A DNA stretch of 64,000 nt, from NCBI GenBank assembly GCA_963666285.1, contig OY762711.1; one strand, written 5' to 3'. Position 1 is the first letter of the stretch, and each line of letters begins with the position of its first letter. The notes under the pieces were generated by a model. That model did not search any database. It was not told the DNA's origin and saw only the letters and a list, made by a program, of their open reading frames with translations. Source of the DNA: Sedimentisphaerales bacterium. GTDB taxonomy: Bacteria > Planctomycetota > Phycisphaerae > Sedimentisphaerales > SM23-30. This document shows, piece after piece, positions 50,400-61,648 of the stretch. The position numbers and the translations under genes are program-made.

Positions 50400-51300
50400 T
50401 TGTATTCACTTATACATCAACACATAAAAACAGCTTCGCCGCTAGGCGATTCCTTCACATCATTGGACTTGTCCAATGATGTGCCAGAGTGCGCAGCACG
50501 TATTTATCTTTCTCCTGTTCTCCTGTCAACTATCCAGCGACCTCCGTCGCTCGGCACGAATTTCCTCTTCTCTGACCGCTGGCCGCTGTTGGCTCGCTGC
50601 TGTTTAGCTGTTAAACTCTCACTTCTCGCTTCTTTCTTCTAACTCTTCTCATCCTTCAGGTGCCGCAATTTTGATTAAACTTTACCTACGCGACAGCTTT
50701 AAAATATGTTGTGAGCCGTTAGGCGAACACCTCAATTCTTCACTCTTAGTTCTTCGTTCTTCACTCAATTATCTGGTCTGCCCAACACCCAAAAATAACA
50801 ACTTACGATAATGTCCGCAAAATTCCCTCCCCGCCGCACTACCTCCGCAACTCACCATGCACTCTTCCTTATATCCCCCCACTCTTCTATTCCATTCCGT
50901 TTTTTAACCCATCTTTCACCCCAATACTCTCACTTATAAATCAATTAGCCTCAGCATAGCCGCTTCCTTCCCTACTAAATATCCAACACCTAACACCTTC
51001 TTTCCCCCTGGGAACGCTGAGCACAAGCTCGGCACATTCGGCACCACCATTTTAAATATGCCGTCCGCGAAGCGGACACCTTAACTTTTCATTATTCATT
51101 ATTCATTTTTCATTTAGCGTAGCTCGCCGCTGATAGCTCGCTGCTGATTGCCTGTTCTACTGTTCACCTTTCAACTATCCAGCGACCTCCGTCGCTAGGC
51201 GTTAGCCGTTTAAAATAAGCTGTCCGCGAAGCGGACTCCTCAACTCTTACCTCTTACCTCTTACTTTTTACCTGTCTTCCCGCTTCCGCTTCGTCCCCGT
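50400..51300. repeat. Cluster of REP-like hairpins with pyrimidine-rich heptamer tails
   Basis: Exact 26-mer TCAACTATCCAGCGACCTCCGTCGCT at 50526 and 51171; GTCCGCGAAGCGGAC at 51063 and 51222; (TTCATTA)n and (CTCTTAC)n runs. Confidence 0.7.
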
Positions 51301-51828
51301 CTGTATACCGCCGCCCCCATTCAACGTCCCGCCGTATATTGCCCGCGGCCCGCAATTCACCGCCGTTCAAATCCGTTTCCCTTTTCACCGCCGTCCACCC
51401 GCCGCGCAGTCTCCGTTCCAAACCGCACACCTCCCGTTACCCATCAATTAGCCGCGAGCGGTAGCGAGCAACATTCCCTGACATCTGAAACCAGATCCCT
51501 GGCCCCTGATTTTCTCGAAAAAATCACCGCGTTTTTACAACCACCAAATCACGAAAATCTAAAATCTTCAAATATTTTATCCCGCTTACTCCCAACACCT
51601 TACAAACTTCCAAACCAACTACCCCGCCAAAAAAATCAGCGCACTTTCGACATACCATCCAATAGTAGAGAGCCGACAAAAAATGAGTACCAGCAAAAAT
51701 CAGCTCTCGATAAAACATAACAACGACGATAACTTTGTCTTAAATATAAACAACGCTCATTAAAAACTGAATATTTGAATACAGAATCGACAAATTACAT
51801 CGTAATTAACTCATTAGAAATATCAATA

Positions 51829-52596
51829 TCAGACAGGTCGAAATAGCATCCCCGTCGTCCGTCCCAGCCGGGCCGCCAGGCTGCGGGCAACTACTTCCAT
51901 TACCTTCAACCCAAGCTGCGGATCTTTTCGCTTCAAAGCGTTAAAGCCGGCCTTACTCAATTGGATCAGGAACGTATTATTTACCGCTGCTACCGTCGCA
52001 GAATGCTCCTGGTTACAGACCAGTGAGCTCTCGCCGAAGATCTGTCCAGCAGAAATAACCGCAAGATGCTTATCCGGCTCTGGCACAGACCCTTTATAGA
52101 TATTTACCAGGCCCGACTGAACGATGAACAGACCGTGCAGATCAACATCATTCTCACCTGCCCGATAAAGAACCTCGTCACGCGGCAAATATCGTAATGT
52201 GATTATATGCAGCAGATTCTGGCAATCTTCGTAAGAAAAACCGGCAAAAAGAGGAAATTCAGACAAAAACTCCAGCAGCCAGGCAGCACCTTCCTCGACA
52301 TATGCCAAAATCACCTGACGCTGATGATCGCTCAGATCAACAAACCCCAAACCGAAATACCATATATCTGACGGCTGGTCATACCGCCGCCATACAACCT
52401 TGACCGTTGCATTGATAATTTCGCTGCGCGGACCCAGCTGGACAGCTACCTTGAGCAGCTCACCTTCGGCCAGCTCAGTAGTCGCATGCACACACAAACC
52501 CTTTTCACTCAGGTTTACCGGCTTTATATCCTGAACTGCGTCTTTGCCGTCTCGGAGAAGTTCTATACCAAAATCTGTGATTATTCTTGGCGTCAT
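51829..52596 (-). CDS. PilZ-like plus cyclic-nucleotide-binding domain protein
   Basis: NLSEKGL...VVW...GLGF (PilZ barrel); LFIVQSG.V...GQIFGESSL...HSATVAA (cNMP domain). Confidence 0.85.
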   Translation of the reverse strand: MTPRIITDFGIELLRDGKDAVQDIKPVNLSEKGLCVHATTELAEGELLKVAVQLGPRSEIINATVKVVWRRYDQPSDIWYFGLGFVDLSDHQRQVILAYVEEGAAWLLEFLSEFPLFAGFSYEDCQNLLHIITLRYLPRDEVLYRAGENDVDLHGLFIVQSGLVNIYKGSVPEPDKHLAVISAGQIFGESSLVCNQEHSATVAAVNNTFLIQLSKAGFNALKRKDPQLGLKVMEVVARSLAARLGRTTGMLFRPV

Positions 52597-52776
52597 AACC
52601 CTATATTAATATCAAGCCTGCCATCATGCAAGCCAAATTCCACCGGAGATTTTAGCTGATAAAACCACTAAAAAATACCAATTATTACTCTACAAAGCAA
52701 AATATACCTGTTTTCTGCCAACATTTCAGCAGCAGAATATTCAGGCCGCAATGGAAATCCATCTATTTACCTGCAT

Positions 52777-55700
52777 CTAATATAGATCATTACTAATTTG
52801 CCTGTTTTTCTGCTGAGACAAAGTCAGCATTACAACAATAACAATTATACAAAGCAGCATGAATATAAAAATGAACAATGTCGGAATCCAGATTATGCCG
52901 GGAACTGCCGACTGAGATTCCATAATAGATGCGGGTATGAGTTCTTCAGGACCATTAAACAGCGTTCGGGTTAATTGCAGGTCAAACCTTTTTCCTGTCG
53001 AAGACACTCCCGCCAGATCGATGACAACATCATACAAACCGACTTTGTCAGGAGCAGCAAAACTTGCCTCACCTATCATCCGCCCGCCATTATCAGAAGT
53101 TAAACTGGACATAGACCTCTGGTATATCTTCCCCCTGACACCCGGATAGCTTAGAACCGCTTTATCTACCCTGGCACCGGCATTCAGAGTCAGACTTGCC
53201 GTAACCTGCTGGCCTGGCATATATCGAAATTCGTCCAGGTCAAGAATGGCTCTGATACCGTTAACTACCGATGACTTTATTGTATAAAACTCTCCTTCCT
53301 GAGGAACATCATCAGCAAATATTTCTATTTTCCATTTTCCTGATATTGGGTTTAACAGTCTGAAATAACTCATCGCTCTCGCTGCATCATCAAAAAAGCT
53401 GACATCTGCAGAAGATTCCTGAGGAATCAAATTCCCAAATGGATCAATCAGACGAAGAGTAAGATGTGACCCCTGCCAGTTAGCCCCCACTGTAAGTGCA
53501 TCTGAATCAGATGGAACTATAAAATCAAAACTCTGGGTAGCAAATGGCAAAATCCATGAATCTTTTGCCAGCAATAGGCTTTCTCCTGCAATCCCCAACT
53601 GAATTCGACTAAAGATACTTGAGATACTATCTGTTCCGGCCCTGAAAAATTCTCCACCGGTATTTTTTGCGATATCCTGCAATAGCTGACTGTCTGCATC
53701 AGCACCGTAGGCCACAGTATGAACAGGAATGGAAGAATCGCGGAACTTACTGGTATAGGCTGTTAAGTCTGGAAGTTCGTCTTTACCATCGGTAAGCAGT
53801 AAAATAGCTTTCCTGGATGATGTTTCGTCCTGGAGCTGTTGGAAAGCAGTATTCAAACCTGTCTTGATTTCTGTCCCACCATTAGCAATCATAGAATCCA
53901 TGATTCCACTAATTTGCGTCAGAGATATTTGAGATGTTTTTGTTAATGGTAGCAGATTCTTACTATTGTCAGAAAAGACTGTTACACCTACCTGATCATC
54001 GAGCCTGTTAACATATAAAGCCATAAATTCGTCAATTGCTTTTTTCACCTGGGTCAGCTTATTATAATCTTTCATACTCCCGGAATTATCTACCACCAGG
54101 CAAATTGATGTGCCTTTACTTCTGAAGGCAAAGATTTTTGCTAACCAATTAATATATTTATTATTTTCTTTATGAGACGAGTCCATTGCTGAATAGATCT
54201 TATCAATGCCATGTGCGTGAAGTGGTGTATTGATCAATGAACGATCCGGAACGATAATCAATTTACCAAACGTCTGGGTAGCACCTATCGCACATACAGC
54301 ATCTCCTAATTTATTCAAAAAGTTTGCGTGAGGCATAAATAATTGAGCTTCCTGTACCAGGTTTCCATTATTATCTACACACTGGTTCAACTTATCCAGA
54401 GGATCACCCTGGTAAACATAACTACGGATATTATCTGAATCGTATGGCAGCTGGCGAGTATTAATCCAATCGATTATCCCTTTTCCGGGAGCCGCAGGAT
54501 TGAAAGTAACAGTTTCCAAACCAGTAGCAAGCCCAGCTGCTATAGCAAGTCCGCCGCCCAGGGAATGGCCGGTTATTATAACCTGGTCACCCAAAGCATC
54601 CTTAACTAATAGAGCATCATCAACAGCATTCTTATATTGCTCAGAAGTAAAGCCTAAATAATTCTGTACATTATTAGACCAGTCTCTAATATCAGAAATC
54701 TCAGTTCCTCTGAAAACGAGTACGGTTTTCCCATTAAGATTATCATTTCTATAGATTACAGCGTAATATCCGCAAGAAGATAATTCATAACTATCAATTA
54801 TTCTCCAGTCAGACGGCAAAACACTATTTCCATAAGCAGCCTTTGATAAAAGAGCCAGCTGTGAATCCTGTTCAATTACTGCTTTATCAAGATCATTTAT
54901 TGAAACTTGAGAGTCATAGCCTTGTCCTGAATTTGTATGCTGATTAACTATATCGGCAACATCATCAATAATTGTCTTTAGATCATTATCCTGTGCGACA
55001 TCTGCGATCGTAGAAGCAATATCATAGAATGTGCCGGCTTTCTCCATATATGGACTGCCATAGTATAAAACTTTACCTAAATTTATCGCAGCATCTTTGG
55101 CTGCTCCGGCTAGATGGGAAGAATGACCCCATAGCTGACGTGCGTTATGGGTCATAGTGCCTGAAGCACTCCAGCCTGTTGCAGCACTATAGGCAGAAGT
55201 AGTGGTGAGTCCGCCTGCCAAATGTAGAAATTTACCACCTATATTACCATATGCATCAACTTTATCGTGGTCAATTATACCTATATCATCAGCCAGCATT
55301 GCATAACCGGTTGCTGCCGGACGATAGACATATTTTTCCAGTGGAGATTCGACATCACCATCAAAAGGATTATATCCGTTTTCAGGATGCTTTATGTCGT
55401 GAACAATATTGGCACCAACAGTGTAAAAAGCATCTGCCAAATGAGCCGCTGCGAGAGCAGCAAGGACAATCGGATTGGTGCTTTGTTCGCCAATAATTGA
55501 AGAATTGAGCATTGCCATTTGGCCTTCTACCCATACAGCATCTGACCATGCCGGCTTTTTAGCATTGCCTGCAACATGCATAAATGAATATCTTTTCATC
55601 TCTTCTGACAACTGGAAGTTTCCTTCCATATCGAGCAAAGGAGAGCTGGTATAAGCATCAACTGAAATTATATTGTTAACATATCTAAAGGAAGACTGTC

Positions 55701-56598
55701 TGCTATTGCCTGCTATACCATTCAAACTAAAACCTGCATAATAGACAACGGTTTTGGCATTATCCATAACAAAAAAACCATCAAAACTTCCTTTAATTGG
55801 CACTCCAACTGATGTCTGGATAGGAAAATCAGAACTATGATATTTTCCCAAAATATAGTTTTTATTAGCAACCTGAAGCGGAATCAGTTCAAAGTCAACA
55901 TTTACTTTTTGAGTTACCCCTGCGACGGAATGCAGCGAAATTTGCTGACGCCAATTGGCCGGTATGTTTTTTGCGACTGCCAGAGGCAAAATAGAGTTGA
56001 CATAATCAGACATATAAGGCAGCTGCTCTGAACTGAGCGACTCATTGCTTATCGCCCGGTTAAAACGCAGGCTGTTTATGCCATTAGAAAACGATATTGC
56101 AACAGGGTCCTCCACACCTTCATTAAGATTATATGCAACTGGATAATATTCATACATTATCTGGCCGGGAAGAGGATATTTCTTAACATCAATAATCGAA
56201 AAGATTTGACGTGAATAATTCTCGTAACCAGTACAGGAAAAACCCTGCCAATTTAACATAACAAATGAATTCGGGCTAACTTCTGACGTAGAAGAAGTTT
56301 GCGTTTGCTGATTGTTATTGGCTTGAGACTGAGACTGGGAAGGGAGAGAAGGTTTAGTTACCGATGTGGCTGGTGGTTTCGATATAGTCTGAGAAGAACT
56401 GGTTGATTTAGCTGCAGGTATTACAGGTTGTTTTGACACTGTCTGAACATTAGTATTACTGCCATTTGAACCCGTATCAAGCTGAGAGAAAGCCACAATT
56501 ATCATTACAACAACAAACAAAACCACTAAAATAATGAAAAAAGAAAGAATAAATATCAATGGAGTTTGTTTTCCATTAGATTCTGTAGATGACTGCAT
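52777..56598 (-). CDS. Large doubly membrane-anchored protein with lipase (class 3/DUF2974-like) and vWA domains
   Basis: N-terminal TM plus S/T/Q linker; VFRGTE...TGHSLGGGLA...TFN...D...HGI lipase motifs; vWA DNSGSM, GGTEI, LLTDG; C-terminal TM. Confidence 0.85.
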   Translation of the reverse strand: MQSSTESNGKQTPLIFILSFFIILVVLFVVVMIIVAFSQLDTGSNGSNTNVQTVSKQPVIPAAKSTSSSQTISKPPATSVTKPSLPSQSQSQANNNQQTQTSSTSEVSPNSFVMLNWQGFSCTGYENYSRQIFSIIDVKKYPLPGQIMYEYYPVAYNLNEGVEDPVAISFSNGINSLRFNRAISNESLSSEQLPYMSDYVNSILPLAVAKNIPANWRQQISLHSVAGVTQKVNVDFELIPLQVANKNYILGKYHSSDFPIQTSVGVPIKGSFDGFFVMDNAKTVVYYAGFSLNGIAGNSRQSSFRYVNNIISVDAYTSSPLLDMEGNFQLSEEMKRYSFMHVAGNAKKPAWSDAVWVEGQMAMLNSSIIGEQSTNPIVLAALAAAHLADAFYTVGANIVHDIKHPENGYNPFDGDVESPLEKYVYRPAATGYAMLADDIGIIDHDKVDAYGNIGGKFLHLAGGLTTTSAYSAATGWSASGTMTHNARQLWGHSSHLAGAAKDAAINLGKVLYYGSPYMEKAGTFYDIASTIADVAQDNDLKTIIDDVADIVNQHTNSGQGYDSQVSINDLDKAVIEQDSQLALLSKAAYGNSVLPSDWRIIDSYELSSCGYYAVIYRNDNLNGKTVLVFRGTEISDIRDWSNNVQNYLGFTSEQYKNAVDDALLVKDALGDQVIITGHSLGGGLAIAAGLATGLETVTFNPAAPGKGIIDWINTRQLPYDSDNIRSYVYQGDPLDKLNQCVDNNGNLVQEAQLFMPHANFLNKLGDAVCAIGATQTFGKLIIVPDRSLINTPLHAHGIDKIYSAMDSSHKENNKYINWLAKIFAFRSKGTSICLVVDNSGSMKDYNKLTQVKKAIDEFMALYVNRLDDQVGVTVFSDNSKNLLPLTKTSQISLTQISGIMDSMIANGGTEIKTGLNTAFQQLQDETSSRKAILLLTDGKDELPDLTAYTSKFRDSSIPVHTVAYGADADSQLLQDIAKNTGGEFFRAGTDSISSIFSRIQLGIAGESLLLAKDSWILPFATQSFDFIVPSDSDALTVGANWQGSHLTLRLIDPFGNLIPQESSADVSFFDDAARAMSYFRLLNPISGKWKIEIFADDVPQEGEFYTIKSSVVNGIRAILDLDEFRYMPGQQVTASLTLNAGARVDKAVLSYPGVRGKIYQRSMSSLTSDNGGRMIGEASFAAPDKVGLYDVVIDLAGVSSTGKRFDLQLTRTLFNGPEELIPASIMESQSAVPGIIWIPTLFIFIFMLLCIIVIVVMLTLSQQKNRQISNDLY

Positions 56599-56678
56599 AC
56601 CATACTCCCCATGAATTTGAATAATTTCACCTTTCCCAATACAAAAGCAGAATAGCAGATAAATACGAATATCAGATT

Positions 56679-56716
56679 AAAAAAAAACAGGAGTTTTTAT
56701 ACAACTCCTGTTTTTT
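56679..56716 (-). terminator. Rho-independent (bidirectional-looking) terminator
   Basis: AAAAAAACAGGAGTT-TTTATAC-AACTCCTGTTTTTT. Confidence 0.8.
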
Positions 56717-56726
56717 AACAAATCAA

Positions 56727-57512
56727 CTAAAAAGAAAAATGAAGCTGAGCATACCAGGCTTTAAAGCTGTCACGAACACTGCCAGCTTCCATATACTGAC
56801 CCTTATATGCACCAATTATAGAAACATCATCATTAATGCTATAAGAAATACCTATACTGCCATTGGTACCAATACCAATTGAATTTTCACTTTCTAACTC
56901 ATAACCACCAGAGGTTGCTGCATCCTGGCTTGCATATAATGCCATAACCTGGGCATTCCAGAACCAGCTCCATTTATCACTGTCAAAAAGAGCATCCCCA
57001 GAACCGGCACCCAGGAATATGCCACCATAATTAGTTTGCTGATCGAACATATCAAAGCCAGTAACTTCATAATCTCTATCAACATAAGTATATTTGATAC
57101 CGACTGTACCATATATATCTTCAAGACCAAAGAAATCAGGATATGACAGACCGGCTTCGATGTCATAACGTTCCATCTCAGCATCAATCTTCACACTTTC
57201 AGCTTCACCTTCCAGATCAATATCAGGAGCATATGTGAAATTTGCAAACCAGCCATTACCATCATAATCACTTTGATTGTAAAGCAAAGAATACGCTCCC
57301 CCCTGGGCATCCCAATCACCAGACAAAAAGCCTTGTTCTGTCCTGTAATCAAACATTTCCATATAACCGAAACTCAAAGTGCGAACAACTCCATTATCGG
57401 TTGAAGTATAAGTTTGATTTGCAACAGAGACATCTTCATCAGCAGCTACTGCAAAAGCAGCAAAACTGACTAAAACAACAGTCAGACATTTAATTAATTT
57501 CATACATTTCAT
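56727..57512 (-). CDS. Outer-membrane beta-barrel protein
   Basis: Signal peptide, amphipathic aromatic-rich strands, C-terminal YAQLHFSF. Confidence 0.75.
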   Translation of the reverse strand: MKCMKLIKCLTVVLVSFAAFAVAADEDVSVANQTYTSTDNGVVRTLSFGYMEMFDYRTEQGFLSGDWDAQGGAYSLLYNQSDYDGNGWFANFTYAPDIDLEGEAESVKIDAEMERYDIEAGLSYPDFFGLEDIYGTVGIKYTYVDRDYEVTGFDMFDQQTNYGGIFLGAGSGDALFDSDKWSWFWNAQVMALYASQDAATSGGYELESENSIGIGTNGSIGISYSINDDVSIIGAYKGQYMEAGSVRDSFKAWYAQLHFSF

Positions 57513-57617
57513 AGATCATCATTCCTTTCAATTATTTAGAATTAAATTATAATATAGACAATTTGCACTCATTAATATATTTAAAACATCGCACCTCGCT
57601 TTCCATTTAATATCAAA

Positions 57618-60600
57618 CTAAATAGGCGGCCTGGGCCGTTTTCTTTTTTTGACTTCAAAAATAACATACTCTGTTTCACTATCATCACTTTTGGTGTTTT
57701 CATTAACAGCAACTACCCAGAAATAACATTTATCCCATTTAGCCTCTACAGGATTATCTTTTGAAATGTCAATAGAAGTACCTGATGTCAGCTCATAATA
57801 AAAGCTGCCTTTATTTTGATTTTTCTCCTGGTAATAGTAAATGCGATATCTGGTCGCACCCAAAACCGGTTTCCATCTTAAGGTATAGTTACCCTTACCT
57901 TTACTAATAAGTTCAATATCTGGTTTGGATAGTTGATTGCATTCACTTGCCTTGAAAGAGCCTAATGTTAATTCGCTAAATTCACTCTCAACACTTTCCT
58001 TTTCATTGACAGCCTTAACCCAATAATAATATTTTTCATTAGTTTTAATATCAGAATCATCATAGGAAAGTGCTGATAGCCCTCCGGTAAGCTCTTTTTT
58101 CGTGCCGGTGCTGCTACCGGACTTGTATAACATATATTTGTCCGCACGATCAGAAGCATCCCAGGAAATCTTAAGATAACCTTTGTCGCTTTGCTCAACT
58201 TTTAGATTTACCGGAGGGTCAAGCTTGAACTCCCATTTAACATCAATCTCAGCCTGACGAGAAAAAAGATCATTTTTAGCGAAAACCTGATAAGTATATT
58301 TGCCGCTGGAAGCCAGTGTATCTTCAATAGAGCATGTACCGGCAGCTGTTTTAATGCCAGTCAACTCAGTCCAGGAGTTTTCTCCTGTTTTTTTCCTTTT
58401 CACACTATATTCAGCATTAGAAACAGAATTCCATTTTAATTGAATAGAATCATCATTTACTTCATGACTCAGGGTAATATCTTTCAATAAATAACCAGGG
58501 AACAATTCTTTCAAATCAACCAATTTTGATATCGTTAGCTCACCAAAGTCATTTTTCACTGAAAACAGATAGTAATAATTATAATCCCCCGCCTCAGCCC
58601 TGGATACTATCTTTTTATCCTCATAAGAACTGGTGCTAATTCCTTCCCATAATCTTTTTTCCGGTTCATTTTTGTTATTTGCATATGAAATAACAAAATT
58701 ACCTTTCAAAGTATCCGGCCATTTGATTCTAATAGCTGGTTCACTATTAATAGTAAATCCTGTAAGGATAATATCATTTTCAGTTATCTTAGGTATATAT
58801 TTATCATACAACTTCTTTTTCAAATCAGAAGAACGGTCATTGTTGGTGTTGTATTCTAAAGACAAATCACATAATTGAATTGCTTGTTTAATATCACTAT
58901 CAGAATTACTTTTAGATAAATTATCTGCTTCTGAATATAAAGCGTCAGATTTTTCTTTAGTCCATGACTCCCAGGCCTTGGGCAACTCTTTTGACAATTC
59001 CATGTATTTTTGGGCAGCAGCAGAATAATTCTCTAAACTTTCGTAATCTTCTGCTTTTTTAATAAGTTCTTTAAGTACGCCAGGCGGAAATTCATTATCC
59101 AGGTATAAAGAATTTGCAGAATATAAAGAATTCTGCATGTTAAACAAATTTTTAGCGTTTTTATAAGATTTCCATATTTCCCATTTAGCAGAAACAACTT
59201 CCTGCAGTTTAGTATAGCCGGTTATTGCCAGAGAATAATCCTGGTCATTTTCAGCTTTTTGAGAATCGGCAAGAGCCTGCTGAATCTCATCCTGTTTTAA
59301 GAAAGTATTTATATCAAGCCCTTCAGAACTGAGACTATCTACATATTCTTCGTATTCATTTATAATTTTTTCTAATTGACTCTTAAGTTTTGCAGTTCTA
59401 TCATCAGAATCTCCTCTTACATCATCTGGCAGACTTCTTATTTCTGCTTGAAAAGTCACAAAGGTGTTAACAAATACTGCATAATCTTTATCTTTTATTA
59501 ACCCGTTTAACTGCTCTTTGCGTTCTTTGAAGCTTTTTTCATATGGTTGAATTATTTCTTTTGGACAACTTTTTCCTTGTTTGGCAATTTCTTCGTCAGC
59601 CAGTTTTATAAGATCATCCTTTTCAACTGCAAAATGTTTTTCAATATCAATTTTCAAACTACTGACTTTGCTAACATATTGCTGTTTATCATCTTCAAAC
59701 AGGTCGTCGATACGTTTTTTAACTGACTCAAGGTTTGTATATAAGTTTTTCAATTCATAAAGCGAACACTGATCCAGATTGTTGTTTTTTACTAAATCAT
59801 CAATTTCATCAGCGGTTTCTTTTGCTTTTGCCAGCCGTCCTGTAAGCTTTTCCATTTGCCATTGATCTATTAATGTTTTATCAATTAACAATTTGAGTTC
59901 AGATAGTTTTGTAACAGCTGTGTTATACTGCTTTAGCTTTCTTACTACATCCTCTGACGATTTGTCTGAATTAACAGATTTGCTAATATCCCACAAATTA
60001 TTTGCCTGGATTGCTCCAGAAACAGCCTGCCCGTTAGCAGAATAAACATTATTCCCATTCCAGATACTTTGCCACTGCTTCAGCTTATTTCCCAGCAGTT
60101 TTTCATCATATCTTTTATCATTTCTACTATTTAACACATTCAAGACATATAAAATAGTTTCAATATCGTTCCATTTAATTTTATCATTAATCTGCATGGA
60201 ATATCTATTAGCAGGAGATTTCTGAACACACTGGCGAAGTAATACATTTTCGACATAAGACAATGTCTTATTATAGCTATTTCTAAACATATCAACAGAA
60301 CCTTTGCGATCTAATTCTGCCAATACAGTGTTATTATCAAAAGCCAAACAATCATTACAAACCCTAACTGCATTATAAAGATATTTTGACGAACTCCAGC
60401 TGTTTGAGTCAGGATATTTTAGCGGCTCTGACGAATCTAATTTTCTTAAATCGGCAAATTCCCTTATAGCATCATCAATCATATCTGAAGGGATAGAAGG
60501 TTCATATGGTTTATTACTCAAAAATAATATACCAGCAATTACCGCCAGCATAAATATAGTCAGCAGCATGCCGGCCATAATAAAAACTGCGGCCGGAGTA

Positions 60601-61616
60601 CGTTTGGTCGGGACTAACTGCATGCTGGGAAGCTTACTACGCTGGTCTTCCAATACCTGCTTGAGATCTTCATCTTCAAAAAGTGTTGACCTCAGGCCAA
60701 GAGTATGCTTAGCTGAATGCTGTACTATACTTTGCGACTGCAGTGATTCTGCAACTTCGGAGGCACTATTGAAGCGGTTATCCGGGTTCTTCTCCAGCAG
60801 TCTCAGGATAATATTGTTGAGCCAGTCGGGCAGATCAGGCCGTTTTTCTTTGGGCGGCACCGGCTTTTGCTGAATGTGACTAGCCAAAACCGAAACAGGA
60901 TTGCCCTGAAGGTCCGGGAACGGAACATCACCAGTGGCCATCTCATACATAACTATTCCAAGACTGTACAGGTCAGACCTTGGGTCTAATGATGATTTTG
61001 AGGATGCGTGTTCGGGTGACATATATTCAGCCGAGCCAACAAGCTGAAATTGCTGGGTCAGTTTTCGGTTGGTCTGTATATATGCAATACCGAAATCCAT
61101 CAATACCGGTACAGAATAGTCACTTCTCAGCAACATGACATTACTGGGTTTCAGATCACGATGGACAATTCGTTCGCTATGTGTATGTGCATGCTGTAAG
61201 GCATTACACAATGGTATTGTTAAATTGACAATATCAGATACATCTATATATCGATTTGTATCCCGATGATTTTTGACAATCTGATCCAATGAAGTGCCAT
61301 CAAGCCACTCCAAAACCATATAATACCAGGTACACCCCTGACTGTCTTTCTTTTCGCCGGAATTATAGAAGCGAACAATACCATGATGATTTAGCTTGCT
61401 TAAAACTTCTGCTTCCCTGACAAATCTCTCAACATTAACAGGGTCGGAACAAAAGTGCGGTTTTAATACTTTAACAGCAACTATTCTGTCATTTGCATGG
61501 TCATAGGCCTTAAAAACATATGCCATGCCGCCTTCGAGACGATCATGCAGATCAAAGCCGTCAAGATAAAAGCCATCATTATTGTTTGAGCCAAAATCTG
61601 TCATCTTAGATGCCAA
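57618..61616 (-). CDS. Hanks-type Ser/Thr kinase with TM, long helical region and FN3-like repeats
   Basis: GGMAYV, VAVKVL, HRDLKPSN, DFG, YMSPE; TM; PPVNLKV...YYYWVKAVN. Confidence 0.92.
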   Translation of the reverse strand: MASKMTDFGSNNNDGFYLDGFDLHDRLEGGMAYVFKAYDHANDRIVAVKVLKPHFCSDPVNVERFVREAEVLSKLNHHGIVRFYNSGEKKDSQGCTWYYMVLEWLDGTSLDQIVKNHRDTNRYIDVSDIVNLTIPLCNALQHAHTHSERIVHRDLKPSNVMLLRSDYSVPVLMDFGIAYIQTNRKLTQQFQLVGSAEYMSPEHASSKSSLDPRSDLYSLGIVMYEMATGDVPFPDLQGNPVSVLASHIQQKPVPPKEKRPDLPDWLNNIILRLLEKNPDNRFNSASEVAESLQSQSIVQHSAKHTLGLRSTLFEDEDLKQVLEDQRSKLPSMQLVPTKRTPAAVFIMAGMLLTIFMLAVIAGILFLSNKPYEPSIPSDMIDDAIREFADLRKLDSSEPLKYPDSNSWSSSKYLYNAVRVCNDCLAFDNNTVLAELDRKGSVDMFRNSYNKTLSYVENVLLRQCVQKSPANRYSMQINDKIKWNDIETILYVLNVLNSRNDKRYDEKLLGNKLKQWQSIWNGNNVYSANGQAVSGAIQANNLWDISKSVNSDKSSEDVVRKLKQYNTAVTKLSELKLLIDKTLIDQWQMEKLTGRLAKAKETADEIDDLVKNNNLDQCSLYELKNLYTNLESVKKRIDDLFEDDKQQYVSKVSSLKIDIEKHFAVEKDDLIKLADEEIAKQGKSCPKEIIQPYEKSFKERKEQLNGLIKDKDYAVFVNTFVTFQAEIRSLPDDVRGDSDDRTAKLKSQLEKIINEYEEYVDSLSSEGLDINTFLKQDEIQQALADSQKAENDQDYSLAITGYTKLQEVVSAKWEIWKSYKNAKNLFNMQNSLYSANSLYLDNEFPPGVLKELIKKAEDYESLENYSAAAQKYMELSKELPKAWESWTKEKSDALYSEADNLSKSNSDSDIKQAIQLCDLSLEYNTNNDRSSDLKKKLYDKYIPKITENDIILTGFTINSEPAIRIKWPDTLKGNFVISYANNKNEPEKRLWEGISTSSYEDKKIVSRAEAGDYNYYYLFSVKNDFGELTISKLVDLKELFPGYLLKDITLSHEVNDDSIQLKWNSVSNAEYSVKRKKTGENSWTELTGIKTAAGTCSIEDTLASSGKYTYQVFAKNDLFSRQAEIDVKWEFKLDPPVNLKVEQSDKGYLKISWDASDRADKYMLYKSGSSTGTKKELTGGLSALSYDDSDIKTNEKYYYWVKAVNEKESVESEFSELTLGSFKASECNQLSKPDIELISKGKGNYTLRWKPVLGATRYRIYYYQEKNQNKGSFYYELTSGTSIDISKDNPVEAKWDKCYFWVVAVNENTKSDDSETEYVIFEVKKRKRPRPPI

Positions 61617-61648
61617 AATTCCCTTTCATGTATATATTTGCAGTCAGT

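Noticed and set aside
50400..51300. CRISPR array
   Set aside because: The repeats are few, irregularly spaced and of mixed types, with no constant repeat-spacer period and no cas genes.
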